Assembly: GCA_038212305.1 (NCBI GenBank)
Contig: JBBQUP010000002.1
Span: 10,861 to 74,860, forward strand
DNA from: Bacteroidales bacterium
GTDB lineage: Bacteria; Bacteroidota; Bacteroidia; Bacteroidales; Marinilabiliaceae
Length of the DNA stretch: 64,000 nt
Reading direction: 5' to 3'
Part shown: positions 40,772 through 51,280 of the stretch, piece after piece
How the letters are laid out: each line of letters starts with the position of its first letter
How positions within the stretch are numbered: position 1 is the stretch's first letter
Notes under the pieces: model-generated
The model's input: only the letters and a program-made list of their open reading frames with translations
Databases searched by the model: none
What the model was told of the DNA's origin: nothing
Program-made: the position numbers and the translations under genes

Positions 40772-42997
40772 TTACTTCCCTTCATCGATCCACTTTTTTA
40801 GAGTTGAATCAAACTTAGTTTTCAATTCATGAATAAAACCAAACGATTCATCATCTACTCGAATTTCACCCTTTGTTACATGTCCTAGTATTGAAAAAGG
40901 AACACCCCAATCAACCATAAAATCAACAAATGAATCTTGTTTAGATGGCGCCACACTAACGATAACTCGACTTTGAGATTCGCCAAACAAAAATGCATCT
41001 TTTCGAATTTCAGCATCCGATGTGATATCAAAACCAAACTCCAATGGAACAGCCGATTCGAGCAAACAAAAGAACAATCCGCCGTTTGAAATATCGTGAA
41101 CCGATCGCACTAAATCGGCTTTTATTAAAGCTTTAATTGCACCTTGAATCTCAATTTCTTCTTCCTCTCGATAGTAAGGAGGTGCATCAACCTCTTTTTG
41201 ATGAATTAATTTTAAGTATTCTGATCCATTTATATCATCGCGAGAACGACCAATTAAGAAAATCATATCCCCTTTATGCTTGAATGATAAGGTTACATGA
41301 TGAGTTTTTTGCTCCAAAATACCAACCATTCCAATTACTGGCGTTGGAATTATTGGTAAAACTTTTCCTTCTTCGGAACGTTGATTATAGAAACTCACAT
41401 TTCCACTTATTACAGGAATTTTAAATGCTTCACAAGCTTTTTTAATCCCTTTAATAGAAGCAACAAACTGGCCATAAACTTCTTCATCATAAGGATTACC
41501 GAAATTCAAACAATCGGAAAGACCAATTGGAGTTCCTCCAGCACAAACAATATTACGAGATGCCTCAGCCACAGCAATTTGAGCTCCAATAAACGCATCT
41601 TGCTGCATATAATTTGGATTACAATCTAATGTCGCTACCAAAGACTTGTCAGTTCCTTCAATTTCAATGAATGCAGCATCTGATGGAAATTTCTGAGAAA
41701 CACCTTCTTGCCGTATGGTCTTGTCGAATGTATCAGTCAACCATTTTTTGGAAGCTACATTTAGATCTTTAACCATAGTGCGGACTATATTCGGATAATG
41801 ATCAGGCTCCACTACGTCATCAACCAATGTGCCTTTAGTTGTTACATTTGAGTTCGAATAAGGACGATCATAAACCAACGAATTTTCGCCAATACAAACA
41901 TTCTGAATGGGAATTGAAGCCAATAATGATTGGTTTTCATAAACATTCAATTCGTTGCTATCAGTTACGACACCAATGATTTCAAAAACCATTTCATTTT
42001 TATGCAAACAAATTTCGATTGCATCCCGATCAATTGGTGAAAAAGCAATTAACATTCGGCCCCATGTTTCGGAGAGTAATATTTCGCGATTATTTAGAGG
42101 TTCTCGTACGGGGACTTTCAATGTATTAATATCTATACCTTTATGGCCTCTTGCACCCATTTCGGCCGATGCACCAATTAATCCTTGTGAACCAATAGGC
42201 TGGATATCAATCGAAATTTTCTTATCAAGAATTTCCTGAATAGTATTGTAAATCTCTTTTTCAATAGATACATCCCTTAATTGCTCAACCGATATGCTTC
42301 GTGTGTTAAGCATTTCCTGTAAATCAACTGGAAATGATTCATCATCAATCCCATCCTTACCGGTTTTTGCTCCAATAATTGCAACTAAAATCCCTTCTTC
42401 AAGCTTAAAGTTATTGGTTAGTTTATTAGATGAAGTGACGCCTACAACCATATTATTGACAATTGGACTAGAATTATATCCTGACTGAAAATCAAGTTCG
42501 CCGCCAACAACTGGCAATCCATAACCCTTTTCAAAATCGCCCAATCCATTTACAACTTCCATAAATAACCATCGAGCAGTATCGCGTGAATTATCCCCAA
42601 ACTTAAGAGAACTTAACGATGCTATGGGTCTGGCTCCCATGGCAATAACATCACGGGCAACTGTTCGCATTCCTATAGACACTCCCAATCGAGGTTGAAC
42701 AGCGCATGGATGGTTGTGTGACTCTAATTTAAAAACACAAGCTAATCCATCTCCAATGTTAACAACCCCAGCATGATTTGAACCAGCTTTAACCAATACT
42801 TTATCTCCATTTTGAGGTAACTCACGCAACCATTTTATTGAATTCTTATAAGAGGCATGCTCAGACCATAATAATCCGAAAATTTCTAACTCCAACTCAT
42901 TAGGCTTTCGACTAAGCATTTCAACTACAGCCTGATACTCCTGTTCTGTAAGATTATATCGTGAGGCATCCACGTTTATTGGCAATGATTGTTCCAT
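40772..42997 (-). CDS. purL: Phosphoribosylformylglycinamidine synthase subunit PurL (small type)
   Basis: 741 aa; WSEHASYKNS, ESHNHP and duplicated AIR-synthase-like domains. Confidence 0.93.
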   Translation of the reverse strand: MEQSLPINVDASRYNLTEQEYQAVVEMLSRKPNELELEIFGLLWSEHASYKNSIKWLRELPQNGDKVLVKAGSNHAGVVNIGDGLACVFKLESHNHPCAVQPRLGVSIGMRTVARDVIAMGARPIASLSSLKFGDNSRDTARWLFMEVVNGLGDFEKGYGLPVVGGELDFQSGYNSSPIVNNMVVGVTSSNKLTNNFKLEEGILVAIIGAKTGKDGIDDESFPVDLQEMLNTRSISVEQLRDVSIEKEIYNTIQEILDKKISIDIQPIGSQGLIGASAEMGARGHKGIDINTLKVPVREPLNNREILLSETWGRMLIAFSPIDRDAIEICLHKNEMVFEIIGVVTDSNELNVYENQSLLASIPIQNVCIGENSLVYDRPYSNSNVTTKGTLVDDVVEPDHYPNIVRTMVKDLNVASKKWLTDTFDKTIRQEGVSQKFPSDAAFIEIEGTDKSLVATLDCNPNYMQQDAFIGAQIAVAEASRNIVCAGGTPIGLSDCLNFGNPYDEEVYGQFVASIKGIKKACEAFKIPVISGNVSFYNQRSEEGKVLPIIPTPVIGMVGILEQKTHHVTLSFKHKGDMIFLIGRSRDDINGSEYLKLIHQKEVDAPPYYREEEEIEIQGAIKALIKADLVRSVHDISNGGLFFCLLESAVPLEFGFDITSDAEIRKDAFLFGESQSRVIVSVAPSKQDSFVDFMVDWGVPFSILGHVTKGEIRVDDESFGFIHELKTKFDSTLKKWIDEGK

Positions 42998-43368
42998 AAT
43001 GGTAAATTTGTATTTTTAAGAACTGCTAAATTAATCATCCTATAGGTAAGAAAAAAACGCTATTTTCACAATTCGTTTTTCTATGCTAATTGGTTTAACT
43101 ATTTGCAATTAGGGTTTGAAAATAGATAAAATAAGGCAATTCACCAACTTATACCATGACATTCTAGGTTGGCATAAAGCTTAAATTTCTCTTTCTATAA
43201 CTGAAAACCTACAAAATGGAAAAAGATAACCCTCAAACCACCTAATCATAAATTAAAAATGAATTGAAATCCAACGCATAAAAACTAATTTTGCCAATTA
43301 ATACGCAGGAATAATTTAATTTAGAGTTGATAAAACTGGAGCATTGAAAAAAACAAAACATAAATAAA

Positions 43369-44127
43369 ATGAAGAAATTAGCTATCGTAACAGGTGCAAC
43401 TTCGGGAATTGGAGAAGAAACTGCAATAATGCTTGCAAAGAATGGTTATAATTTGATTATCACTGGTCGAAGGAATGACCGATTGATAAGCTTAAAATCA
43501 CTTCTTGTTGAAAAATACCACTGCGAAGTGATGATCCTGAACTTTGACATAAGAGATAATGATCACACATTAAGCGCAATCAGCTCAATACCTGATGAAT
43601 GGAAAAAGATAGATGTTCTTGTAAACAATGCAGGATTAGCTTCGGGATTATCTCCTATTCATGAAGGGAAATGGGATCAATGGGAGCAAATGATTGATAC
43701 GAATGTGAAAGGGTTGCTCTTTTTTTCGCGCCAAATAACTCCTTGGATGGTTGAGAAAAAAAATGGACATATCGTTAACATCTCATCGATTGCAGCTCAT
43801 GAGGTTTATGAAAATGGTAGTGTGTATTGTGCAACCAAACATGCCGTTGATGCCATTACCAAAGGCATGAGGATTGATTTATTGAAACACAACATTAAAG
43901 TCACTGCTGTTTCTCCAGGAATGGTAGATACTGAATTCTCAGTTGTTCGTTTTGATGGAGATAATGAAAAAGCTCAAAAAGTTTATGAAGGACTTGTTCC
44001 CCTTTCGGCCAAAGATATTGCAGATGCTATAGAATATGCAATTACTCGGCCATCGCATGTTAATATTAATGAAATGATTATAATGCCCACCCAACAAGCA
44101 TCGGCTATTTATAATGTGAGAAAATAA
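43369..44127 (+). CDS. Short-chain dehydrogenase/reductase (YdfG-like)
   Basis: TGATSGIG cofactor motif, NNAG, YxxxK (YCATK). Confidence 0.85.
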   Translation: MKKLAIVTGATSGIGEETAIMLAKNGYNLIITGRRNDRLISLKSLLVEKYHCEVMILNFDIRDNDHTLSAISSIPDEWKKIDVLVNNAGLASGLSPIHEGKWDQWEQMIDTNVKGLLFFSRQITPWMVEKKNGHIVNISSIAAHEVYENGSVYCATKHAVDAITKGMRIDLLKHNIKVTAVSPGMVDTEFSVVRFDGDNEKAQKVYEGLVPLSAKDIADAIEYAITRPSHVNINEMIIMPTQQASAIYNVRK

Positions 44128-44169
44128 TCTACGGTTCTCTGTCTAACATCAACGAGCTATGTGGCGCAA

Positions 44170-44793
44170 TTACTTTCTCAACTTAGTTAAATTGTAAGTC
44201 AATCCAACTCTCACACCTGATTCATAAAGCTTTTGCTGATTATTATTTGATGAAAATGGCAGTAATGCATGCAACTTGAAATAGGGGTTAATAAAAATAG
44301 AACCACCGCATTTAAAATCATATTTTGCCCCAATCCCAAATAAACTACCAATACCAGTCTGACTATCAATGGGACTTTTAGTCCCATCAACATCAATAAA
44401 GACGCCCCCATTCACAAAAATGAATTTTAAAAAATTCGCTCTTAATGTTAACGGAATGCTTACGATAGAAAAATTTTCTTTACGTGACGAAATTGACATA
44501 TCAGGAATAAAACTAGGAGTGATTAAAACAGTATACTTCGAATAGTCAACTCCTGTTTCAAATTCCAACCACTTATTAATTGAACCGATATAGCATAACC
44601 CTATCGTAAAGAATTTATCCACAGCATAATTTCCTTCACCCTCTAAACCATTAAATCGAAAAACATCACTTTCTCCAAACGATGAGTAACATAATCCGAT
44701 ACTACGATTTTTCTTTTCGTTATCTGGAGTTTGAGCTTGCAATGAAAATGCGATCAAAACAAGGCATGCAGTTGCAAAAATAATTCTTCCCAT
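44170..44793 (-). CDS. Small outer-membrane beta-barrel-like protein
   Basis: Signal peptide MGRIIFATACLVLIAFSLQA, alternating hydrophobic strands, C-terminal GLTYNL. Start chosen at 44793, 22 nt after the serpin stop. Confidence 0.45.
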   Translation of the reverse strand: MGRIIFATACLVLIAFSLQAQTPDNEKKNRSIGLCYSSFGESDVFRFNGLEGEGNYAVDKFFTIGLCYIGSINKWLEFETGVDYSKYTVLITPSFIPDMSISSRKENFSIVSIPLTLRANFLKFIFVNGGVFIDVDGTKSPIDSQTGIGSLFGIGAKYDFKCGGSIFINPYFKLHALLPFSSNNNQQKLYESGVRVGLTYNLTKLRK

Positions 44794-44815
44794 CGGATTA
44801 AATATTTTTATTTTA

Positions 44816-46078
44816 TTACAACTTTTCGATAGCACCTAAAAACAAAATGCAATGGGTATCTTTTTCACGAATAGCCAACACAAAGGGTTTGTTTACAGTA
44901 AAGTAAATTTCATTATCTGGCAGCATACTTGTCGTGTAAAACTCCACCGATGTTGCTGCTGCCGCCTCTGTTCCATCTTCATTGACCTCTAAAAATGTTT
45001 TGTGTTTTACTTTCGAGATGGCAATCGGTTTTACTGGTGAGAGAATTTTACCAAATTCAGCCATATTGGAAAATGCCTTGGGCATGCCCAAAACCGCTAA
45101 AGCATCATTTAGCTCAAAATCCAACTCAACCTTTAATTGTGGAAATTTAATATTCACCTCAACTGGTATTAAAGTATGTGACAATGTCGATTCAGACTCT
45201 AACTTCATGGCATTTAATACATCCGTAGTCGATTTACCTTCATTGGGTAATAAAACCATCATCGAAAAGTGCCCATTGCCATATGGCATATCAATGGCGT
45301 TATAATCATTCATTTGCGCATACCCAACAGTCGTTTTTTGTTGCATCATGGCAACCTGAGTTGAGGTTTTATCGGAATTGGTAAATGGCCCTAGAACGGT
45401 TTTTTTCGAATCGAATTTACTCATCCATTGCCCTTTAAAATAAACGGCATTAATTAAAAACAAAGCATGATCGGACGTAACATTATCCACAATAGAAGGG
45501 ATTTTACCATTGGTGTGATCGCTCACCCAGGTATTCATTGTATTTTTTGCCATCTCGCTTTGCGAAAAATCGAGTGATTGAACTTTTGCATCGTAGTTAA
45601 CCTTATTTACATCTGCAAAATTAGGATTGAGCGAAAACGATTGATTCACCCACATTGAATTGGCAATGGTCATTTTCACTTTAGCATCGGAACTTAACAA
45701 TGCCTCACGCAAAGATTTGTTGGCTTCGTTTAGTGCCTCCAAAGAAGAACCATTTTTTAGCACTGCGAGGATTTGTTCCAACGTTTCTCCCTCAGCTCCA
45801 TTGGCGGCCATACTTAAAGCCTGAAACACGCTTAACGGCGAAATAAAAATATTAGCTGGTGGTTGGGAATCTTTCTTTAGTTTCATTAATAAATCAAGTC
45901 CAAATTGGTTAGATGAGCTAACAATTTGCGCCGATTTTTCACTGACAACAATTGGTTTATATTCGTTGTCAATTTGATTTTTGTTGCCTGATTTATCGCA
46001 ACTACAATTTAAAATCAACAAAAAAACAGACAAGAAACTAAGCTTTGCGATTTGAGCATTCTTAAATTTAAGCATCAT
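44816..46078 (-). CDS. Serpin-family protease inhibitor, secreted/lipoprotein-like
   Basis: 420 aa. Hinge and reactive-centre loop EVNEDGTEAAAATSVEFYTTSM. Serpin C-terminus FTVNKPFVLAIREKDTHCILFLG. N-terminal hydrophobic signal with Cys. Confidence 0.85.
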   Translation of the reverse strand: MMLKFKNAQIAKLSFLSVFLLILNCSCDKSGNKNQIDNEYKPIVVSEKSAQIVSSSNQFGLDLLMKLKKDSQPPANIFISPLSVFQALSMAANGAEGETLEQILAVLKNGSSLEALNEANKSLREALLSSDAKVKMTIANSMWVNQSFSLNPNFADVNKVNYDAKVQSLDFSQSEMAKNTMNTWVSDHTNGKIPSIVDNVTSDHALFLINAVYFKGQWMSKFDSKKTVLGPFTNSDKTSTQVAMMQQKTTVGYAQMNDYNAIDMPYGNGHFSMMVLLPNEGKSTTDVLNAMKLESESTLSHTLIPVEVNIKFPQLKVELDFELNDALAVLGMPKAFSNMAEFGKILSPVKPIAISKVKHKTFLEVNEDGTEAAAATSVEFYTTSMLPDNEIYFTVNKPFVLAIREKDTHCILFLGAIEKL

Positions 46079-46212
46079 ACATTAGAGTATTAGGGTAATT
46101 AATTTATTGTTTGATGCGGTTCAGTTGATATAGGTTGCGTGCATCTAAAAAAAAACGCTCCCGAAACCGGAAACGTTTTTAAGACTTTCATTTAAAAGCT
46201 ATGCTTTAAAGC

Positions 46213-47308
<1,096 letters not shown>

Positions 47309-47397
47309 TAAATCAAATTGTTTTAACAAATATTATATCGAAAGTCAATATCAAATTTCATTTCGTATTAATCACAGATACAAATCAATAGATGGCA

Positions 47398-47428
47398 CAA
47401 AAAAAAGGAACCAATAAGTTCCCTTTTT
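47398..47428 (-). terminator. Intrinsic terminator after the micro-lipoprotein gene
   Basis: GGAAC (47407-47411) / GTTCC (47418-47422) with flanking extension. On the minus strand it is followed by a 9-T run. Confidence 0.6.
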
Positions 47429-47521
47429 TATTTCTTAAGTAAATACGAGTATTACTCAGTATTGAAAACTAAAATAATTTTCAAATGAATAACAAATAAG
47501 CACCTTTTTTCCAACAGGAAA

Positions 47522-47650
47522 TTAAGCTTTAACAGAGGATTGTTTCATCTCAGCTTTCGAATAGGCTGGACAATCTGCAGTACTTTTGCACGATTGAACA
47601 GACAAAGCCAGAACAAACAACACAGCCCCAAGAATCGCAATCTTCTTCAT
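47522..47650 (-). CDS. Micro-lipoprotein (42-aa precursor)
   Basis: MKKIAILGAVLFVLALSVQSC signal/lipobox, then the 21-aa tail KSTADCPAYSKAEMKQSSVKA. It has its own terminator. Start at 47650, not the tracked 47722. Confidence 0.45.
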   Translation of the reverse strand: MKKIAILGAVLFVLALSVQSCKSTADCPAYSKAEMKQSSVKA

Positions 47651-47912
47651 ATTTTCTATATTAGTTGTAAATAATTCACTTATTGAATGTAGTTTTGTCG
47701 CGAAAAAATTGATGAATAACAAGATATCACTATATCTTTAATATTTTGTAAAAATATATCAAAATTCTCAACGCTCAAATATTCTAGTCTCTTTTTTCAA
47801 ACGAAAAATGAAGTTTGAAGTTTCGTTATAACGTTTTTTTGTGACAAACATTGTAAAAATGGTGACTAAACATCCCATTATTATGATTTACCATAAATAA
47901 AAAATTGGCATA

Positions 47913-48869
47913 ATGGTTTTAAAAATATTACTTGCATCAGCCATAATCATACATTTTTATGCTGCTTTCAGAGCTATAAAATTAATTTGGGTAACCAAGT
48001 ATAATTTATCTTGGATGCTAATAAGTGCGGCTTTAGTATTTATGGCCATTCGTCGTATTTTAGAATTTGTGCCATTAATTTCGGACTATAATCAAGCTGA
48101 TTTTCGATTAATTTATGTTTGGTTAGGTATTGCTACATCGTTGTTTTTAGCCGTTGGAGTGGTTTTAATTGAAAAAATTTTTAATTATATGGGTGAAGTT
48201 GAGATTAAGAAACGCGAATACGAACAAAAATTACTCACTTCTGTAATTGAAGCTGAGGAGCGCGAGAGGAAGCGAATAGCAAAAGAACTTCATGATGGAC
48301 TAGGCCCGTTGTTGTCAAGTATTAAAATGTCGATTTCATCGCTTGATACGATTAACGACCCAAGTCAAAAAAAAGAGATCATACAAACAATTAATTTAGC
48401 AGCAACCGAATCTATTCGCTCAATTAAAGAGATTTCGGATAATTTAAGTCCACATGTTTTAATTAACTTTGGCTTAGAAAAAGCCTTAAGCAATTTTATC
48501 TTCAAAATAGAATCCACTAAAAGATTGGTTATTGACTGGAAATTCAACTCATCAACAAAACGATACATTGAACCTATTGAAACTGCGGTTTATAGAATAC
48601 TTTGTGAACTAATAACAAATACGTGCAAACATTCAACTTCCGAAAAAATTACTTTTGAAATAGTTTCCAACGACGACATTCTTCAAATAACCTATTTTGA
48701 TGATGGTTGTGGCATTGACCCTATTGAATTAGAACCAAAAATGAATAAAGGACAGGGAATAAATAACATCCGCTCTCGGGTTTCATCATTAAAAGGTGAA
48801 ATTCAATTTGAGAATAATACCCCAAATGGTGTTTTTGTATGTATAACCATCCCGACTCATGGCAATTAA
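47913..48869 (+). CDS. Sensor histidine kinase, HisKA_3 (NarX/DesK-like) type, membrane-embedded
   Basis: Three hydrophobic helices with no obvious extracytoplasmic domain, a coiled segment, H-box AKELHDGLGPLLSS and a C-terminal HATPase (DDGCGI, GQGINN). Confidence 0.85.
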   Translation: MVLKILLASAIIIHFYAAFRAIKLIWVTKYNLSWMLISAALVFMAIRRILEFVPLISDYNQADFRLIYVWLGIATSLFLAVGVVLIEKIFNYMGEVEIKKREYEQKLLTSVIEAEERERKRIAKELHDGLGPLLSSIKMSISSLDTINDPSQKKEIIQTINLAATESIRSIKEISDNLSPHVLINFGLEKALSNFIFKIESTKRLVIDWKFNSSTKRYIEPIETAVYRILCELITNTCKHSTSEKITFEIVSNDDILQITYFDDGCGIDPIELEPKMNKGQGINNIRSRVSSLKGEIQFENNTPNGVFVCITIPTHGN

Positions 48870-49512
48870 GAAATATTCAGTTTTTATAGTCGATGATCAT
48901 TTATTGTTTCGCAATGGGTTTAAACTCTTATTAAACAACATTGCAAACATTCATGTTGAGGACGAAGCATCTAATGGCATTGAATTTTTAGAGCAGTTAG
49001 ATGCAAATCAACCTGACTTGGTTTTTTTAGACATTTCTATGCCTTTGATGGATGGATGTGAAGCAGCCCGAAGAGCATTAATTAAATATCCTCACCTAAA
49101 AATTATCGTATTATCGATGTATGGTGATGAATCATACTACCAAACAATGGTGAATATTGGCGTAAAAGGATTCTTGCTTAAGAGCAGCGATTTTAATGAA
49201 GTGCGAACTGCTATTGACACAATAATTGCAGGCGACAATTATTATTCTCAGGAATTATTGGTTAATCTGGTTCAAAACTTTCAAAAAACAAAAAAAGACT
49301 CCCCTCATCCTAATGATGAATTAACTGATAGAGAATTAGAAATACTTATTGACATTTGCAACGGACTGTCGAACAATGAAATAGCTGATAAACTTTCAAT
49401 AAGTAAACGAACTGTTGAAAAACACCGAGCCAATGTACTTCAAAAAACTAATTGCAAAAACACTGCTAATTTGGTGCATCATGCAATAAAAAACAGATTA
49501 ATTAAGCTTTGA
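48859..49512 (+). CDS. NarL/FixJ-type response regulator (REC + LuxR HTH)
   Basis: DD...D (LVFLDISMP) receiver, C-terminal LTDRELEIL...NNEIADKLSISKRTVEKHR. Overlaps the kinase gene by 11 nt. Confidence 0.9.
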   Translation: MAIKKYSVFIVDDHLLFRNGFKLLLNNIANIHVEDEASNGIEFLEQLDANQPDLVFLDISMPLMDGCEAARRALIKYPHLKIIVLSMYGDESYYQTMVNIGVKGFLLKSSDFNEVRTAIDTIIAGDNYYSQELLVNLVQNFQKTKKDSPHPNDELTDRELEILIDICNGLSNNEIADKLSISKRTVEKHRANVLQKTNCKNTANLVHHAIKNRLIKL

Positions 49513-49580
49513 CCCCAATAAGTATTTATACGTATACTAAATAGGGTATTTCTTGTTATATAACTCTTACCTCCTATTCC

Positions 49581-49588
49581 TACTTTTG
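49581..49588 (+). promoter_or_regulatory. -7 promoter box upstream of the Hdr-like cluster
   Basis: TACTTTTG (TAnnTTTG) 24 nt before the hdrC-like ATG; no well-spaced -33 element. Confidence 0.3.
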
Positions 49589-49611
49589 TAAGTGAACCCG
49601 AACTTACTGAT

Positions 49612-50238
49612 ATGGATACTGAATTAAACTATTTAGAATTAGTTACAAAAGACATCCGCTTTACGGATTGCTATAAAACTTGCATGAATTGCGGCATATG
49701 CAGCGCCATTTGTCCGGCTGCACACGTTTACGACTACAAGCCACGAGAATTATACTCCATCATTCAAAGAGGTTCAAATAGTGAGATTAAAACCATGTTG
49801 AGCTCCGACATCATTTGGGAATGCGGCCAATGCCTATCGTGCAAACCCCGCTGCCCCAGAAATAATATTCCCGGGGTACTCGTTCAAATTTTAAGAAAAG
49901 TTAGTCAGCAAACTGGCTTGTACAAGCAATCAACCAAAGGGATTGCTCAAAAAGAGATTGTACGCTCCATTGGCAAAAATATTTACGCCACTGGCTATTG
50001 CATTTCACCCGATGCATTAATCCCATCAGATCATCCAGAACTTGGGCCTGTATGGGAATGGACGTATGAAAACAGAGAAGATTTGTACCCCAGATTGGGA
50101 TCTCCTTATAAAAAAGAAACCATTGGCTCAGTACGTGCGATTCCTTCAAAAACCATTACTGAGTTACAAATGATTTTTGAATTAACCAATGGCACCGATT
50201 TTCTTAACACAATAATGGAAGGTGAATCATGGCAATAA
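49612..50238 (+). CDS. HdrC-like 2x[4Fe-4S] protein
   Basis: CMNCGICSAICP and CGQCLSCKPRCP motifs, ~200 aa. Overlaps the next gene by 10 nt. Confidence 0.75.
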   Translation: MDTELNYLELVTKDIRFTDCYKTCMNCGICSAICPAAHVYDYKPRELYSIIQRGSNSEIKTMLSSDIIWECGQCLSCKPRCPRNNIPGVLVQILRKVSQQTGLYKQSTKGIAQKEIVRSIGKNIYATGYCISPDALIPSDHPELGPVWEWTYENREDLYPRLGSPYKKETIGSVRAIPSKTITELQMIFELTNGTDFLNTIMEGESWQ

Positions 50239-51269
50239 CTAAACAGAAGGAAATAGCTAAAGACAACTACTTTTTTGTACGCAGTTGCATCAGACAAACA
50301 TTTTTCCCTGGCGCAGAGCAGGCACTAATTAATATTTTAAAGTCGAATCTAAAGCTCAATATTCTCGAAGATGTAAATCACACATCGTGCACCGGAATAG
50401 GATTTCACACCGACATTGTACCGCTGGAAACCACCATGGCTGTAATTGCCCGTCAATTTTCACTGATGAACCAAAGCGGTTGCAGTAATTTATTGGTATC
50501 GTGCGTTACCTCGTTTGGTTTGTACCACGAAATTATTGATTTATGGCATCACCATCCCGAGTTGGAAGCAAAGACCCGAGAGGTTCTTTGGACGGCTACC
50601 CGCCGTGAGTTTATTATTCCCACTAGCATTGCACACACATCGGACCTGCTTTATTTATATCGTAACGAACTCGCCCTTCAAAGCTTATATCAATTGGCGT
50701 CGATAAAGACAGGCAAGCCATTAAAAGTGGTTGATCACATTGGATGCCACTATGCCAAGATATTTCCTAAACAAGGCCTTGGAGGTTCTGAATTCCCGGT
50801 CGTTTTATCAGGATTAATCACAAGTATGGGAGGCGAATCGATTGATTATCCTGAGCGGAGGCATTGCTGCGGCTTTGGGTTCAGGCATTATGTACTTAAA
50901 GAGTCGCGCGGGTATTCAATGACAAATACTAAAATTAAGCTCGAATCAATGGCTCCGTACAATCCCGACTTAATAATTGCAAACTGTCCTGGTTGTGCCA
51001 TGTTTTTAGATCGATGGCAATACACACTTTCTGAAATTGAAGGTAAAACCTATGACAAGCAAGGGCTCGGAATTCCTGTATTAACTCACGAAGAACTCGC
51101 AGCTCTTATGTTAGGCATTAATCCTTGGGACATTGGACTGCAAATGCATCAGGTTCCTGTTGAGTCGTTGTTAAACAAAATTGGCATCTCGTATTCACCT
51201 GTCAACAAGTACAAATTAACAGACAGCAAACCAACTACAATCCCCAAAAAAGCTTCGATTCTCCAATAA
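50229..51269 (+). CDS. HdrB-like CCG-domain protein
   Basis: Complete C-terminal CCG domain (GCHY...HCCGFG...NCPGC). The N-terminal copy is degenerate (RSC...SCTGIG...SCVTS). Confidence 0.7.
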   Translation: MAITKQKEIAKDNYFFVRSCIRQTFFPGAEQALINILKSNLKLNILEDVNHTSCTGIGFHTDIVPLETTMAVIARQFSLMNQSGCSNLLVSCVTSFGLYHEIIDLWHHHPELEAKTREVLWTATRREFIIPTSIAHTSDLLYLYRNELALQSLYQLASIKTGKPLKVVDHIGCHYAKIFPKQGLGGSEFPVVLSGLITSMGGESIDYPERRHCCGFGFRHYVLKESRGYSMTNTKIKLESMAPYNPDLIIANCPGCAMFLDRWQYTLSEIEGKTYDKQGLGIPVLTHEELAALMLGINPWDIGLQMHQVPVESLLNKIGISYSPVNKYKLTDSKPTTIPKKASILQ

Positions 51270-51280
51270 AATAAGAACAA

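Noticed and set aside
42998-43368. 370-bp divergent spacer between purL and the SDR gene as a possible purine riboswitch
   Set aside because: No junction sequence or paired P2/P3 architecture of the purine riboswitch is recognisable on the purL side. It looks like plain AT-rich promoter DNA.
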